Below, piece by piece: positions 1 through 11,600 of a DNA stretch of 64,000 nt. The DNA comes from Azolla caroliniana (lineage: Eukaryota; Plantae; Polypodiophyta): NCBI GenBank assembly GCA_043228905.1, contig JBHGNT010000016.1, forward strand, positions 124,001 to 188,000. The letters are read 5' to 3'. Position 1 is the first letter of the stretch, and every line of letters starts with the position of its first letter. The translations under genes were made by a program, and so were the position numbers. Below the pieces are notes generated by a model. It did not search any database. It saw only the letters and a list, made by a program, of their open reading frames with translations, and was not told the origin of the DNA.

Positions 1-2
1 TC

Positions 3-1235
3 TGCACCCGACTTCTTGAATCGAACATCAAGACCCTTGTCAGTCAGTGCAGAAATGGACAGTAGATTCTTCTTCAGATCTGGCACGTACAACACTTGAG
101 AGAGATGCTTTGTCCCACCGGTCGTTGCTTTGAGGGAGACGGTTCCGGTTCCTTTGGCCGGACATCGAGCATTGTTCCCGACCACAACATTGATGGGCTC
201 TTGTAGAGGTGTCCAAGAACTGTACCAGTCACGATTACTGGTCATATGTCGGGATGCTCCACTATCGAGAATCCAAGACTCATCAACAACTTGAGTGTCA
301 ACTGAAGAACACACTTCTTCAGTTGCGACCCATAACTCAAGTTCATCTACGAGATTGTTAGCGGACTCGGGCTCTCTCCAAGAAGTCTTATTAGAACCAT
401 TCTTCTCATCCGCCATCTTCTTTCGACAATCCTTGATTGTGTGACCCTTCTTGTCACAGTAGAAACACGATCCATTGAACTTCTTCTTCTTCGGTATCCT
501 ATTCGCATTGTTTGAATTAGATGCCCCTTCACCCTTAGTCCTAGAGACAAATGCTGAATCTTCCCTTTCTTCTCTTGTCTTCAGCCGAAGCTCCTCTTCA
601 AGCAGCATTGCACTTAGTTCATCAAATTTTAAAGGAGTGGGTCGAACCTGAGTGTTCAATGCTGTCACAATGCCATCATACTTGAAAGGAAGTACTCGAA
701 TGCACCGACGAGCCATATCCTCTTGAGAGACGACTACTCCAACAGCCGCCAGCTGATCTTGAAGATCCTTAATCCTTTTTACAAAGGATTCTACTTTCTC
801 TCCATCAGCGAGCTTCTCTGCAGCAAGCTGATTTTCGAGGTTTTGTATCCTTGTATAGTTTCTGGTCTCATACTGGCTGGCCAATATGCTCCAAGCTTCA
901 TGTGCCCTAGTTGTATGTTGCACTAGTGTTAGTACGGAGTCACATACACCAGTGACTATGGTACATAGCGCATCAGCATTCCTTCTCTTCCAGGCTCGAA
1001 GTAGATCAGCATTTGGAGGAATTGATGTGGTAGGGTGTGCAGGGTCAAAGGTTGCCATGGGCTCAGGGTCTCCCCCTGTGGGTCCCATGATTGTTTCCAA
1101 CAACTCGTAGGAATCCAAAATGGCAGACATTTTGAACTTCCATAGAGTGTAGTTGGTTCCATCTAGCTTTCCATCAGACAATGGAGGTGGGCGAATGCGC
1201 AATGGAGCAGCTGCAACATTCGTGGACAAGGCCAT
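3..1235 (-). CDS. Copia Gag-Pol polyprotein, N-terminal ~411 aa (gag, CCHC zinc knuckle, aspartic protease); partial, no stop in window
   Basis: Manual translation from ATG 1235: MALSTNVAAAPLRIRPPPLSDGKLDGTNYTLWKFKMSAILDSYELL... (copia gag N-terminal KLDGxNYxxW motif), ...AHEAWSILASQY..., zinc knuckle CFYCDKKGHTIKDC (426-467), protease WILDSGASRHM (243-275), then VLYVPDLKKNLLSIS. All motifs are in one frame with no stop seen. Confidence 0.95.
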   Translation of the reverse strand, partial: MALSTNVAAAPLRIRPPPLSDGKLDGTNYTLWKFKMSAILDSYELLETIMGPTGGDPEPMATFDPAHPTTSIPPNADLLRAWKRRNADALCTIVTGVCDSVLTLVQHTTRAHEAWSILASQYETRNYTRIQNLENQLAAEKLADGEKVESFVKRIKDLQDQLAAVGVVVSQEDMARRCIRVLPFKYDGIVTALNTQVRPTPLKFDELSAMLLEEELRLKTREEREDSAFVSRTKGEGASNSNNANRIPKKKKFNGSCFYCDKKGHTIKDCRKKMADEKNGSNKTSWREPESANNLVDELELWVATEEVCSSVDTQVVDESWILDSGASRHMTSNRDWYSSWTPLQEPINVVVGNNARCPAKGTGTVSLKATTGGTKHLSQVLYVPDLKKNLLSISALTDKGLDVRFKKSGA

Positions 1236-1240
1236 TGATA

Positions 1241-1274
1241 CTCTGTCTCTCTCTCTCTCTCTCTATTTCTCTCT
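1241..1274. repeat. (CT)n/(GA)n microsatellite in the retrotransposon 5' leader
   Basis: Perfect (CT)9 at 1247-1264 within a degenerate CT run, ending a few bases upstream of the gag ATG. Confidence 0.85.
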
Positions 1275-1324
1275 GTTGCTAGACAGCAACTACCCGTGTA
1301 TACCTAATCTAGATCAACCTCTTC

Positions 1325-1336
1325 GCTCTGATACCA
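1325..1336 (-). promoter_or_regulatory. Primer-binding site complementary to the 3' end of initiator tRNA-Met
   Basis: + strand gctctgatacca reads TGGTATCAGAGC on the minus strand, the canonical plant tRNA-Met(i) PBS, immediately 3' of the LTR. Confidence 0.95.
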
Positions 1337-1969
1337 TATTAGAAATATTGAGAATCGAGTAGATAGGTATATAGAGTTACAACTGCAGAGATGGATATAT
1401 GAAAACAGAATTTCTATTACATATGAGAGTAGTTCAAAATGGTAGTTTTCCCATGCGCTCACACCTTAGAGCTTAGATAGGATATGGACCGGCTCACTAC
1501 AAAATTAGTGGGGACAAATGATCAATCTGACCACTGTGTGAGAAAAGTGACTTATAATCTATGTTTGGTCTTAGTATAAATGTGCAAGTCAGTTGACAGT
1601 AGTGGAGATATTCCTTTTCTGTCAACTGACTTGTCATTTAATATGACCCAACTCCCTAGGTACAGGCTAGTGCTAGATAATACTTATCTTGAAGTCAATG
1701 ACGCATACTTCAAGACTAAGTACATCGTAACTTGCCCACAAAATATTCTAGCTGACTTGATTAGCCAATCCTTTTATCTATTTCTCTCTTTCCTAAATAT
1801 ATTGTGTCCTACGCATCTACGGTTTCCTAGATTAACACCTTATCGACCCATATGGTCGAGTTGCACACTAGCCGCTCCTCATTTGGGGCGCTATCACAAA
1901 ATGTGCACTCTAAGAGCACATATGGGGATAGATTTACAACTTGGGGCTGATCATTGATTATATCTAACA
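1337..1969 (-). repeat. 5' long terminal repeat (~633 bp) of the copia element
   Basis: Directly adjoins the PBS. Imperfect inverted termini on the minus strand: TGTTAGATAT... and ...ATTTCTAATA. The partner LTR is outside the window, so boundaries are inferred from termini, PBS and the satellite junction. Confidence 0.85.
1577..1640. other. Inverted repeat / hairpin inside the LTR
   Basis: caagtcagttgacag (1585-1599) is the exact reverse complement of ctgtcaactgacttg (1619-1633), with a 19-nt spacer; outer arms taaatg/cattta extend it. Confidence 0.85.
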
Positions 1970-2105
1970 TAGCGTTGTTAGCTTCGATTCGCATGTTTGA
2001 ACACAGAAATCCGGTATCACACGAGCCTGGTATGAACATTTTAATTTACTAACCTGCTCTTCTCCACTACGTCCTCAAATTTGCTAATTTCTTCATGTCT
2101 CTCGA

Positions 2106-5100
2106 CCTGAGTTTCAAAATCTTGATTTTTTAATTCCATAACATAGCTAGCGTTGTTAGCTTCGATTCGCATGTTTGAATACAAAAATCCGATATCCCAC
2201 GAGCTAGGTATGAACATTTTAATTTACTAACGTGCTCTTCTCCACTACCTCCTCAAATTTGCTAATTTCTTCATGTCTCGCAACCTAATTTTCAAAATCT
2301 TGATTTTTTAATTCCATATCAGAGCTAGCGTTGTTAGCTTCGATTCGCATGTTTGAACACAGAAATCCGATAGCACACGAGCTAGGTATGAACATTTTAA
2401 TTTACTAACGCGCTGTTCTCCACTACCTCCTCAAATTTGCTAATTTCTTCATGTCTCTCGACCTGAGTTTCAAAATCTTGATTTTTTAATTCCATAACAT
2501 AGCTAGCGTTGTTAGCTTCGATTCAATTGTTTGAACACAAAAATCCGATATCACACGAGCTAGGTATGAACATTTTAATTTACTAACGCGCTCTTCTCCA
2601 CTACCTCCACAAATTTGATAATTTCTTCATGTCTCTCGACCTGAGTTTCAAAATCTTGATTTTTTAATTCCATATCAGAGCTAGCGTTGTTAGCTTCGAT
2701 TCGCATGTTTGAATACAGAAATCTGACATCACACGAGCCACGGATGAACATTTTAATTTACCTACTAGCGCTTGTCAACTCCCTCCTCAAATTTGCTAAT
2801 TTCTTCATGTCTCTCGACCTGAGTTTCAAAATCTTGATTTTTTAATTCCATAACATAGCTAGCGTTGTTAGCTTCGATTCGCATGTTTGAACACAGAAAT
2901 CCGGTATCACACGAGCCTGGTATGAACATTTTAATTTACTAACGCGCTCTTCTCCACTACGTCCTCAAATTTGCTAATTTCTTCATGTCTCTCGACCTGA
3001 GTTTCAAAATCTTGGATTTTTAATTCCATAACATAGCTAGCGTTGTTAGCTTCGATTCGCGTGTTTGAACACAGAAATCCGGTATCACACGAGCCTGGTA
3101 TGAACATTTTAATTTACTAACGTGCTCTTCTCCACTACCTCCTCAAATTTGCTAATTTCTTCTTGTCTCTCGACCTGAGTTTCGAAATCTTGATTTTTTA
3201 ATTCCATAACATAGCTAGCATTGTTAGCTTCAATTCGCATGTTTGAACACAGAAATCCGATATCACACGAGCTAGGTATAAACATTTTAATTTACTAACG
3301 TGCTCTTCTCCACTACCTCCTCAAATTTGCTAATTTCTTCATGTCTCTCAACCTAATTTTAAAAATATTGATTTTTTAATTCCATATCAGAGCTGGCGTT
3401 GTTAGCTTCGATTCGCATGTTTGAACACAAAAATCCGATATCACACGAGCCTGGTATGAACATTTTAATTTACTAACGCGCTCTTCTCCACTACGTCCTC
3501 AAATTTGCTAATTTCTTCATGTCTCTCGACCTGAGTTTCAAAATTTTGATTTTTTAATTCCATAACATAGCTAGCGCTGTTAGCTTCGATTCACATGTTT
3601 GAACACAAAAATCCGATATCACACGAGCCACGGATGAACATTTTAATTTACCTACTAGCGCTTGTCAACTCCGTCCTCAAATTTGCTAATTTCTTCATGT
3701 CTCTCGACCTGAGTTTCAAAATCTTGATTTTTTAATTCCCTAACAGAGCTAGCGTTGTTAGCTTCAATTCGCATGTTTGAACACAGAAATCCGAAATCAC
3801 ACGAGCTAGGTATGAACATTTTAATTTACTAACTTGCTCTTCTCCACTACCTCCTCAAATTTGCTAATTTCTTCATGTCTCTCAACCTAATTTTAAAAAT
3901 ATTGATTTTTTAATTCCATATCAGAGCTAGCGTTGTTAGCTTCGATTCGCATGTTTGAACACAAAAATCCGATATCACACGAGCCACGGATGAACATTTT
4001 AATTTACCTACTAGCGCTTGTCAACTCCCTCCTCAAATTTGCTAATTTCTTCATGTCTCTCGACCTGAGTTTCAAAATCTTGATTTTTTAATTCCATATC
4101 AGAGCTAGCGTTGTTAGCTTTGATTTGCATGTTTGAACACAGAAATCCGATAGCACACGAGCTAGGTATGAACATTTTAATTTACTAACGCGCTCTTCTC
4201 CACTACGTCCTCAAATTTGCTAATTTCTTCATGTCTCTCGACCTGAGTTTCAAAATCTTGATCTTTTAATTCCATAACATAGCTAGCATTGTTAGCTTCG
4301 ATTCGCATGTTTGAACACAGAAATCCGGTGTCACACGAGCCTGGTATAAACATTTTAATTTACTAACGCGCTCTTCTCCACTACCTCCTCAAATTTGCTA
4401 ATTTCTTCATGTCTCTCGACCTGAGTTTCAAAATCTTGATTTTTTAATTCCATAACATAGCTAGCGTTGTTAGCTTCGATTCGCATGTTTGAACAGAAAA
4501 ATCCGATATCACACGAGCTAGGTATGAACATTTTAATTTACTAACGCGCTCTTCTCCACTACCTCCACAAATTTGCTAATTTCTTCATGTCTCTCGGCCT
4601 GAGTTTCAAAATCTTGATTTTTTAATTCCATAACATAGCTAGCGTTGTTAGCTTCGATTCGCATGTTTGAACACAAAAATCCGATATCAACGAGCTAGGT
4701 ATGAACATTTTAATTTACTAACGCGCTCTTCTCCACTACCTCCACAAATTTGCTAATTTCTTCATGTCTCTCGGCCTGAGTTTCAAAATCTTGATTTTTT
4801 AATTCCATAACATAGCTAGCGTTGTTAGCTTCGATTCGCATGTTTGAATACAAAAATCCGATATCCCACGAGCTAGGTATGAACATTTTAATTTACTAAC
4901 GTGCTCTTCTCCACTACCTCCTCAAATTTGCTAATTTCTTCATGTCTCGCAACCTAATTTTCAAAATCTTGATTTTTTAATTCCATATCAGAGCTAGCGT
5001 TGTTAGCTTCGATTCGCATGTTTGAACACAGAAATCCGATAGCACACGAGCTAGGTATGAACATTTTAATTTACTAACGCGCTGTTCTCCACTACCTCCT

Positions 5101-7517
5101 CAAATTTGCTAATTTCTTCATGTCTCTCGACCTGAGTTTCAAAATCTTGATTTTTTAATTCCATAACATAGCTAGCGTTGTTAGCTTCGATTCAATTGTT
5201 TGAACACAAAAATCCGATATCACACGAGCTAGGTATGAACATTTTAATTTACTAACGCGCTCTTCTCCACTACCTCCACAAATTTGATAATTTCTTCATG
5301 TCTCTCGACCTGAGTTTCAAAATCTTGATTTTTTAATTCCATATCAGAGCTAGCGTTGTTAGCTTCGATTCGCATGTTTGAATACAGAAATCTGACATCA
5401 CACGAGCCACGGATGAACATTTTAATTTACCTACTAGCGCTTGTCAACTCCCTCCTCAAATTTGCTAATTTCTTCATGTCTCTCGACCTGAGTTTCAAAA
5501 TCTTGATTTTTTAATTCCATAACATAGCTAGCGTTGTTAGCTTCGATTCGCATGTTTGAACACAGAAATCCGGTATCACACGAGCCTGGTATGAACATTT
5601 TAATTTACTAACGCGCTCTTCTCCACTACGTCCTCAAATTTGCTAATTTCTTCATGTCTCTCGACCTGAGTTTCAAAATCTTGGATTTTTAATTCCATAA
5701 CATAGCTAGCGTTGTTAGCTTCGATTCGCGTGTTTGAACACAGAAATCCGGTATCACACGAGCCTAGTATGAACATTTTAATTTACTAACGTGCTCTTCT
5801 CCACTACCTCCTCAAATTTGCTAATTTCTTCTTGTCTCTCGACCTGAGTTTCGAAATCTTGATTTTTTAATTCCATAACATAGCTAGCATTGTTAGCTTC
5901 AATTCGCATGTTTGAACACAGAAATCCGATATCACACGAGCTAGGTATAAACATTTTAATTTACTAACGTGCTCTTCTCCACTACCTCCTCAAATTTGCT
6001 AATTTCTTCATGTCTCTCAACCTAATTTTAAAAATATTGATTTTTTAATTCCATATCAGAGCTGGCGTTGTTAGCTTCGATTCGCATGTTTGAACACAAA
6101 AATCCGATATCACACGAGCCTGGTATGAACATTTTAATTTACTAACGCGCTCTTCTCCACTACGTCCTCAAATTTGCTAATTTCTTCATGTCTCTCGACC
6201 TGAGTTTCAAAATTTTGATTTTTTAATTCCATAACATAGCTAGCGCTGTTAGCTTCGATTCACATGTTTGAACACAAAAATCCGATATCACACGAGCCAC
6301 GGATGAACATTTTAATTTACCTACTAGCGCTTGTCAACTCCGTCCTCAAATTTGCTAATTTCTTCATGTCTCTCGACCTGAGTTTCAAAATCTTGATTTT
6401 TTAATTCCCTAACAGAGCTAGCGTTGTTAGCTTAAATTCGCATGTTTGAACACAGAAATCCGAAATCACACGAGCTAGGTATGAACATTTTAATTTACTA
6501 ACTTGCTCTTCTCCACTACCTCCTCAAATTTGCTAATTTCTTCATGTCTCTCAACCTAATTTTAAAAATATTGATTTTTTAATTCCATATCAGAGCTAGC
6601 GTTGTTAGCTTCGATTCGCATGTTTGAACACAAAAATCCGATATCACACGAGCCACGGATGAACATTTTAATTTACCTACTAGCGCTTGTCAACTCCCTC
6701 CTCAAATTTGCTAATTTCTTCATGTCTCTCGACCTGAGTTTCAAAATCTTGATTTTTTAATTCCATATCAGAGCTAGCGTTGTTAGCTTTGATTTGCATG
6801 TTTGAACACAGAAATCCGATAGCACACGAGCTAGGTATGAACATTTTAATTTACTAACGCGCTCTTCTCCACTACGTCCTCAAATTTGCTAATTTCTTCA
6901 TGTCTCTCGACCTGAGTTTCAAAATCTTGATCTTTTAATTCCATAACATAGCTAGCATTGTTAGCTTCGATTCGCATGTTTGAACACAGAAATCCGGTGT
7001 CACACGAGCCTGGTATAAACATTTTAATTTACTAACGCGATCTTCTCCACTACCTCCTCAAATTTGCTAATTTCTTCATGTCTCTCGACCTGAGTTTCAA
7101 AATCTTGATTTTTTAATTCCATAACATAGCTAGCGTTGTTAGCTTCGATTCGCATGTTTGAACAGAAAAATCCGATATCACACGAGCTAGGTATGAACAT
7201 TTTAATTTACTAACGCGCTCTTCTCCACTACCTCCACAAATTTGCTAATTTCTTCATGTCTCTCGGCCTGAGTTTCAAAATCTTGATTTTTTAATTCCAT
7301 AACATAGCTAGCGTTGTTAGCTTCGATTCGCATGTTTGAACACAAAAATCCGATATCAACGAGCTAGGTATGAACATTTTAATTTACTAACGCGCTCTTC
7401 TCCACTACCTCCACAAATTTGCTAATTTCTTCATGTCTCTCGGCCTGAGTTTCAAAATCTTGATTTTTTAATTCCATAACATAGCTAGCGTTGTTAGCTT
7501 CGATTCGCATGTTTGAA
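2106..7517. repeat. 15-monomer HOR (2669 bp), two tandem copies
   Basis: Private variants recur at +2669 (attcaattgt 2521/5190; gaatac 2180/4849; cttggattt; atcaacgag). 2669 = 15x178-1. About three substitutions seen between copies. Confidence 0.9.
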
Positions 7518-9399
7518 CACAGAAATCCGGTATCACACGAGCCTGGTATGAACATTTTAATTTACTAACGCGCTCTTCTCCAGTACGTCCTCAAATTTGC
7601 TAATTTCTTCATGTCTCTCGACCTGAGTTTCAAAATCTTGATTTTTTAATTCCATAACATAGCTAGCGTTGTTAGCTTCGATTCGCATGTTTGAACACAA
7701 AAATCCGGTATCACACGAGCCTGGTATGAACATTTTAATTTACTAACGCGCTCTTCTCCACTACCTCCTCAGATTTGCTAATTTCTTCATGTCTCTCGAC
7801 CTGAGTTTCAAAACCTTGATTTTTTAATTCCATAACATAGCTAGCATTGTTAGCTTCAATTCGCATGTTTGAACACAGAAATCCGATATCACACGAGCTA
7901 GGTATGAAAATTTTAATTTACTCACGTGCTCTTCTCCACTACCTCCTCAAATTTGCTAATTTCTTCATGTCTCTCAACGTAATTTTAAAAATCTTGATTT
8001 TTTAATTCCATATTAGAGCTAGCGTTGTTAGCTTTGATTTGCATGTTTGAACACAGAAATCCGATAGCACACGAGCTAGGTATGAACATTTTAATTTACT
8101 AACGCGCTCTTCTCCACTACCTCCTCAAATTTGCTAATTTCTTCATGTCTCTCGACCTGAGTTTCAAAATCTTGATTTTTTAATTCCATAACATAGCTAG
8201 CGTTGTTAGCTTCGATTCACATGTTTGAACACAAAAATCCGATATCACACGAGCTAGGTATGAAAATTTTAATTTACTAACGCGCTCTTCTCCACTACCT
8301 CCAAAAATTTGCTAATTTCTTCATGTCTCTCGACCTGAGTTTCAAAATCTTGATTTTTTAATTCCATATCAGAGCTAGCGTTGTTAGCTTCAATTAAGTT
8401 TGAACACAGAAAGCCGATATCACACGAGCTAGGTATGAACATTTTAATTTACGAACGTGCTCTTCTCCACTACCTCCTCAAATTTGCTAATTTCTTCATG
8501 TCTCTCAACCTAATTTAAAAAATGTTGATTTTTTAATTCCATATTAGAGCTAGCGTTGTTAGCTTCAATTCGCATGTTTGAACACAGAAATCCGGTATCA
8601 CACGACCTAGGTATGAACATTTTAATTTACTAACGTGCTCTTCTCCACTACCTCCTCAAATTTGCTAATTTCTTCATGTCTCTCAACCTAATTTTAAAAA
8701 TATTGATTTTTTAATTCCATATCAGAGCTAGCGTTGTTAGCTTCGATTCGCATTTTTGAACACAACAATCCGATATCACACGAGCCTGGTATGAACATTT
8801 TAATTTACTAACGCGCTCTTCTCCACTACCTCCACAAATTTGCTAATTTCTTCATGTCTCTCGGCCTGAGTTTCAAAATCTTGATTTTTTAATTCCATAA
8901 CATAGCTAGCGTTGTTAGCTTCGATTCGCATGTTTGAACACAGAAATCCGGTATCACACGAGCCTGGTATGAACATTTTAATTTACTAACGCGCTCTTCT
9001 CCACTACCTCCTCAAATTTGCTAATTTCTTCATGTCTCTCGACCTGAGTTTCAAAATCTTGATTTTTTAATTCCATAACATAGCTAGCGTTGTTAGCTTC
9101 GATTCGCATGTTTGAACACAGAAATCCGGTATCACACGAGCCTGGTATGAACATTTTAATTTACTAACGTGCTCTTCTCCACTACGTCCTCAAATTTGAT
9201 AATTTCTTCATGTCTCTCGACCTGAGTTTCAAAATCTTGATATTTTAATTCCATAACATAGCTAGCGTTGTTAGCTTCGATTCGCATGTTTGAACACAGA
9301 AATCCGGTATCACACGAGCCTGGTATGAACATTTTAATTTACTAACGCGCTCTTCTCCACTACCTCCACAAATTTGCTAATTTCTTCATGTCTCTCGAC

Positions 9400-11600
9400 C
9401 TGAGTTTCAAAATCTTGATTTTTTAATTCCATAACATAGCTAGCGTTGTTAGCTTCGATTCGCATGTTTGAACACAGAAATCCGGTATCACACGAGCTTG
9501 GTATGAACATTTTAATTTACTAACGCGCTCTTCTCCAGTACGTCCTCAAATTTGCTAATTTCTTCATGTCTCTCGACCTGAGTTTCAAAATCTTGATTTT
9601 TTAATTCCATAACATAGCTAGCGTTGTTAGCTTCGATTCGCATGTTTGAATACAAAAATCCGATATCCCACGAGCCACGGATGAACATTTTAATTTACCT
9701 ACTAGCGCTTGTCAACTCCCTCCTCAAATTTGCTAATTTCTTCATGTTTCTTGACCTGAGTTTCAAAATCATGATTTTTTAATTCCATAACATAGCTAGC
9801 ATTGTTAGCTTCAATTCGCATGTTTGAACACAGAAATCCGATATTACACGAGCTAGGTATGAACATTTTAATTTACTAACGTGCTCTTCTCCACTACCTC
9901 CTCAAATTTGCTAATTTCTTCATGTCTCTCAACGTAATTTTAAAAATCTTGATTTTTTAATTCCATATTAGAGCTAGCGTTGTTAGCTTCAATTCGCATG
10001 TTTGAACACAAAAATCCCATATCACACGAGCCTGGTATGAACATTTTAATTTACTAACGCGCTCTTCTCCACTACCTCCACAAATTTGCTAATTTCTTCA
10101 TGTCTCTCGACCTGAGTTTCAAAATCTTGGTTTTTTAATTCCATAACATAGCTAGCGTTGTTAGCTTCGATTCGCATGTTTGAACACAGAAATCCGGTAT
10201 CACACGAGCTTGGTATGAACATTTTAATTTACTAACGCGCTCTTCTCCAGTACGTCCTCAAATTTGCTAATTTCTTCATGTCTCTCGACCTGAGTTTCAA
10301 AATCTTCATTTTGTAATTCCATAACATAGCTAGCGTTGTTAGCTTCGATTCGCATGTTTGAATACAAAAATCCGATATCCCACGAGCCAAGGATGAACAT
10401 TTTAATTTACCTACTAGCGCTTGTCAACTCCCTCCTCAAATTTGCTAATTTCTTCATGTTTCTTGACCTGAGTTTCAAAATCATGATTTTTTAATTCCAT
10501 AACATAGCTAGCATTGTTAGCTTCAATTCGCATGTTTGAACACAGAAATCCGATATTACACGAGCTAGGTATGAACATTTTAATTTACTAACGTGCTCTT
10601 CTCCACTACCTCCTCAAATTTGCTAATTTCTTCATGTCTCTCAACCTAATTTTAAAAATCTTGATTTTTTAATTCCATAACATAGCTAGCGTTGTTAGCT
10701 TCGATTCGCATGTTTGAACACAGAAATCCGGTATCACACGAGCCTGGTATGAACATTTTAATTTACTAACGTGCTCTTCTCCACTACGTCCTCAAATTTG
10801 CTAATTTCTTCATGTCTCTCGACCTGAGTTTCAAAATCTTGATATTTTAATTCCATAACATAGCTAGCGTTGTTAGCTTCGATTCGCATGTTTGAACACA
10901 GAAATCCGGTATCACACGAGCCTGGTATGAACATTTTAATTTACTAACGCGCTCTTCTCCACTACCTCCTCAAATTTGCTAATTTCTTCATGTCTCTCGA
11001 CCTGAGTTTCAAAATCTTGATTTTTTAATTCCATAACATAGCTAGCGTTGTTAGCTTCGATTCGCATGTTTGAACACAGAAATCCGGTATCACACGAGCT
11101 TGGTATGAACATTTTAATTTACTAACGTGCTCTTCTCCACTACGTCCTCAAATTTGCTAATTTCTTCATGTCTCTCGACCTGAGTTTCAAAATCTTCATT
11201 TTTTAATTCCATAACATAGCTAGCGTTTTTAGCTTCGATTCGCATGTTTGAATACAAAAGTCCGATATCCCACGAGCCACGGATGAACATTTTAATTTAC
11301 CTACTAGCGCTTGTCAACTCCCTCCTCAAATTTGCTAATTTCTTCATGTTTCTTGACCTGAGTTTCAAAATCATGATTTTTTAATTCCATAACATAGCTA
11401 GCATTGTTAGCTTCAATTCGCATGTTTGAACACAGAAATCCGATATCACACGAGCTAGGTATGAACATTTTAATTTACTAACGTGCTCTTCTCCACTACC
11501 TCCTCAAATTTGCTAATTTCTTCATGTCTCTCAACCTAATTTTAAAAATATTGATTTTTTAATTCCATATCAGAGCTAGCGTTGTTAGCTTCGATTCGCA
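9400..11600. repeat. Short 4-5-monomer HOR, about three copies
   Basis: Marker ttcatgtttcttgacc...aaatcatg recurs at ~9741, ~10453 (+712 = 4x178) and ~11343 (+890 = 5x178). Boundaries approximate. Confidence 0.7.

Larger units (their letters stand above)
1..1969 (-). mobile_element. Ty1/copia LTR retrotransposon, 5' portion (5' LTR, PBS, leader, gag-protease); continues beyond the left window edge
   Basis: Minus-strand order is LTR (starts TGTTAGA at 1969), PBS TGGTATCAGAGC, then an ORF with copia gag and protease motifs. It abuts the satellite array at 1969/1970. Confidence 0.95.

Noticed and set aside
1360-1580. Candidate TATA box and polyA signal in the LTR
   Set aside because: Several TATA-like words and no unambiguous signal; U3/R/U5 cannot be assigned without transcript data.
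347-2039. Short ORFs at 347-550, 723-926, 886-1110, 956-1162, 1153-1362, 1580-1957 and 1827-2039
   Set aside because: Alternative-frame or antisense shadows of the gag-pol ORF, or chance ORFs in the LTR and junction.
2317-2325. TATCAGAGC in one monomer subtype matches 9 of 12 nt of the PBS
   Set aside because: Lacks the essential TGG, differs from the common taacatagc by only two substitutions, and is plausibly chance.
8391-8402. Single monomer with caattaagttt (3-bp net loss), and the recurring gattaattaattc variant from ~13181
   Set aside because: Ordinary small satellite mutations with no further structure.
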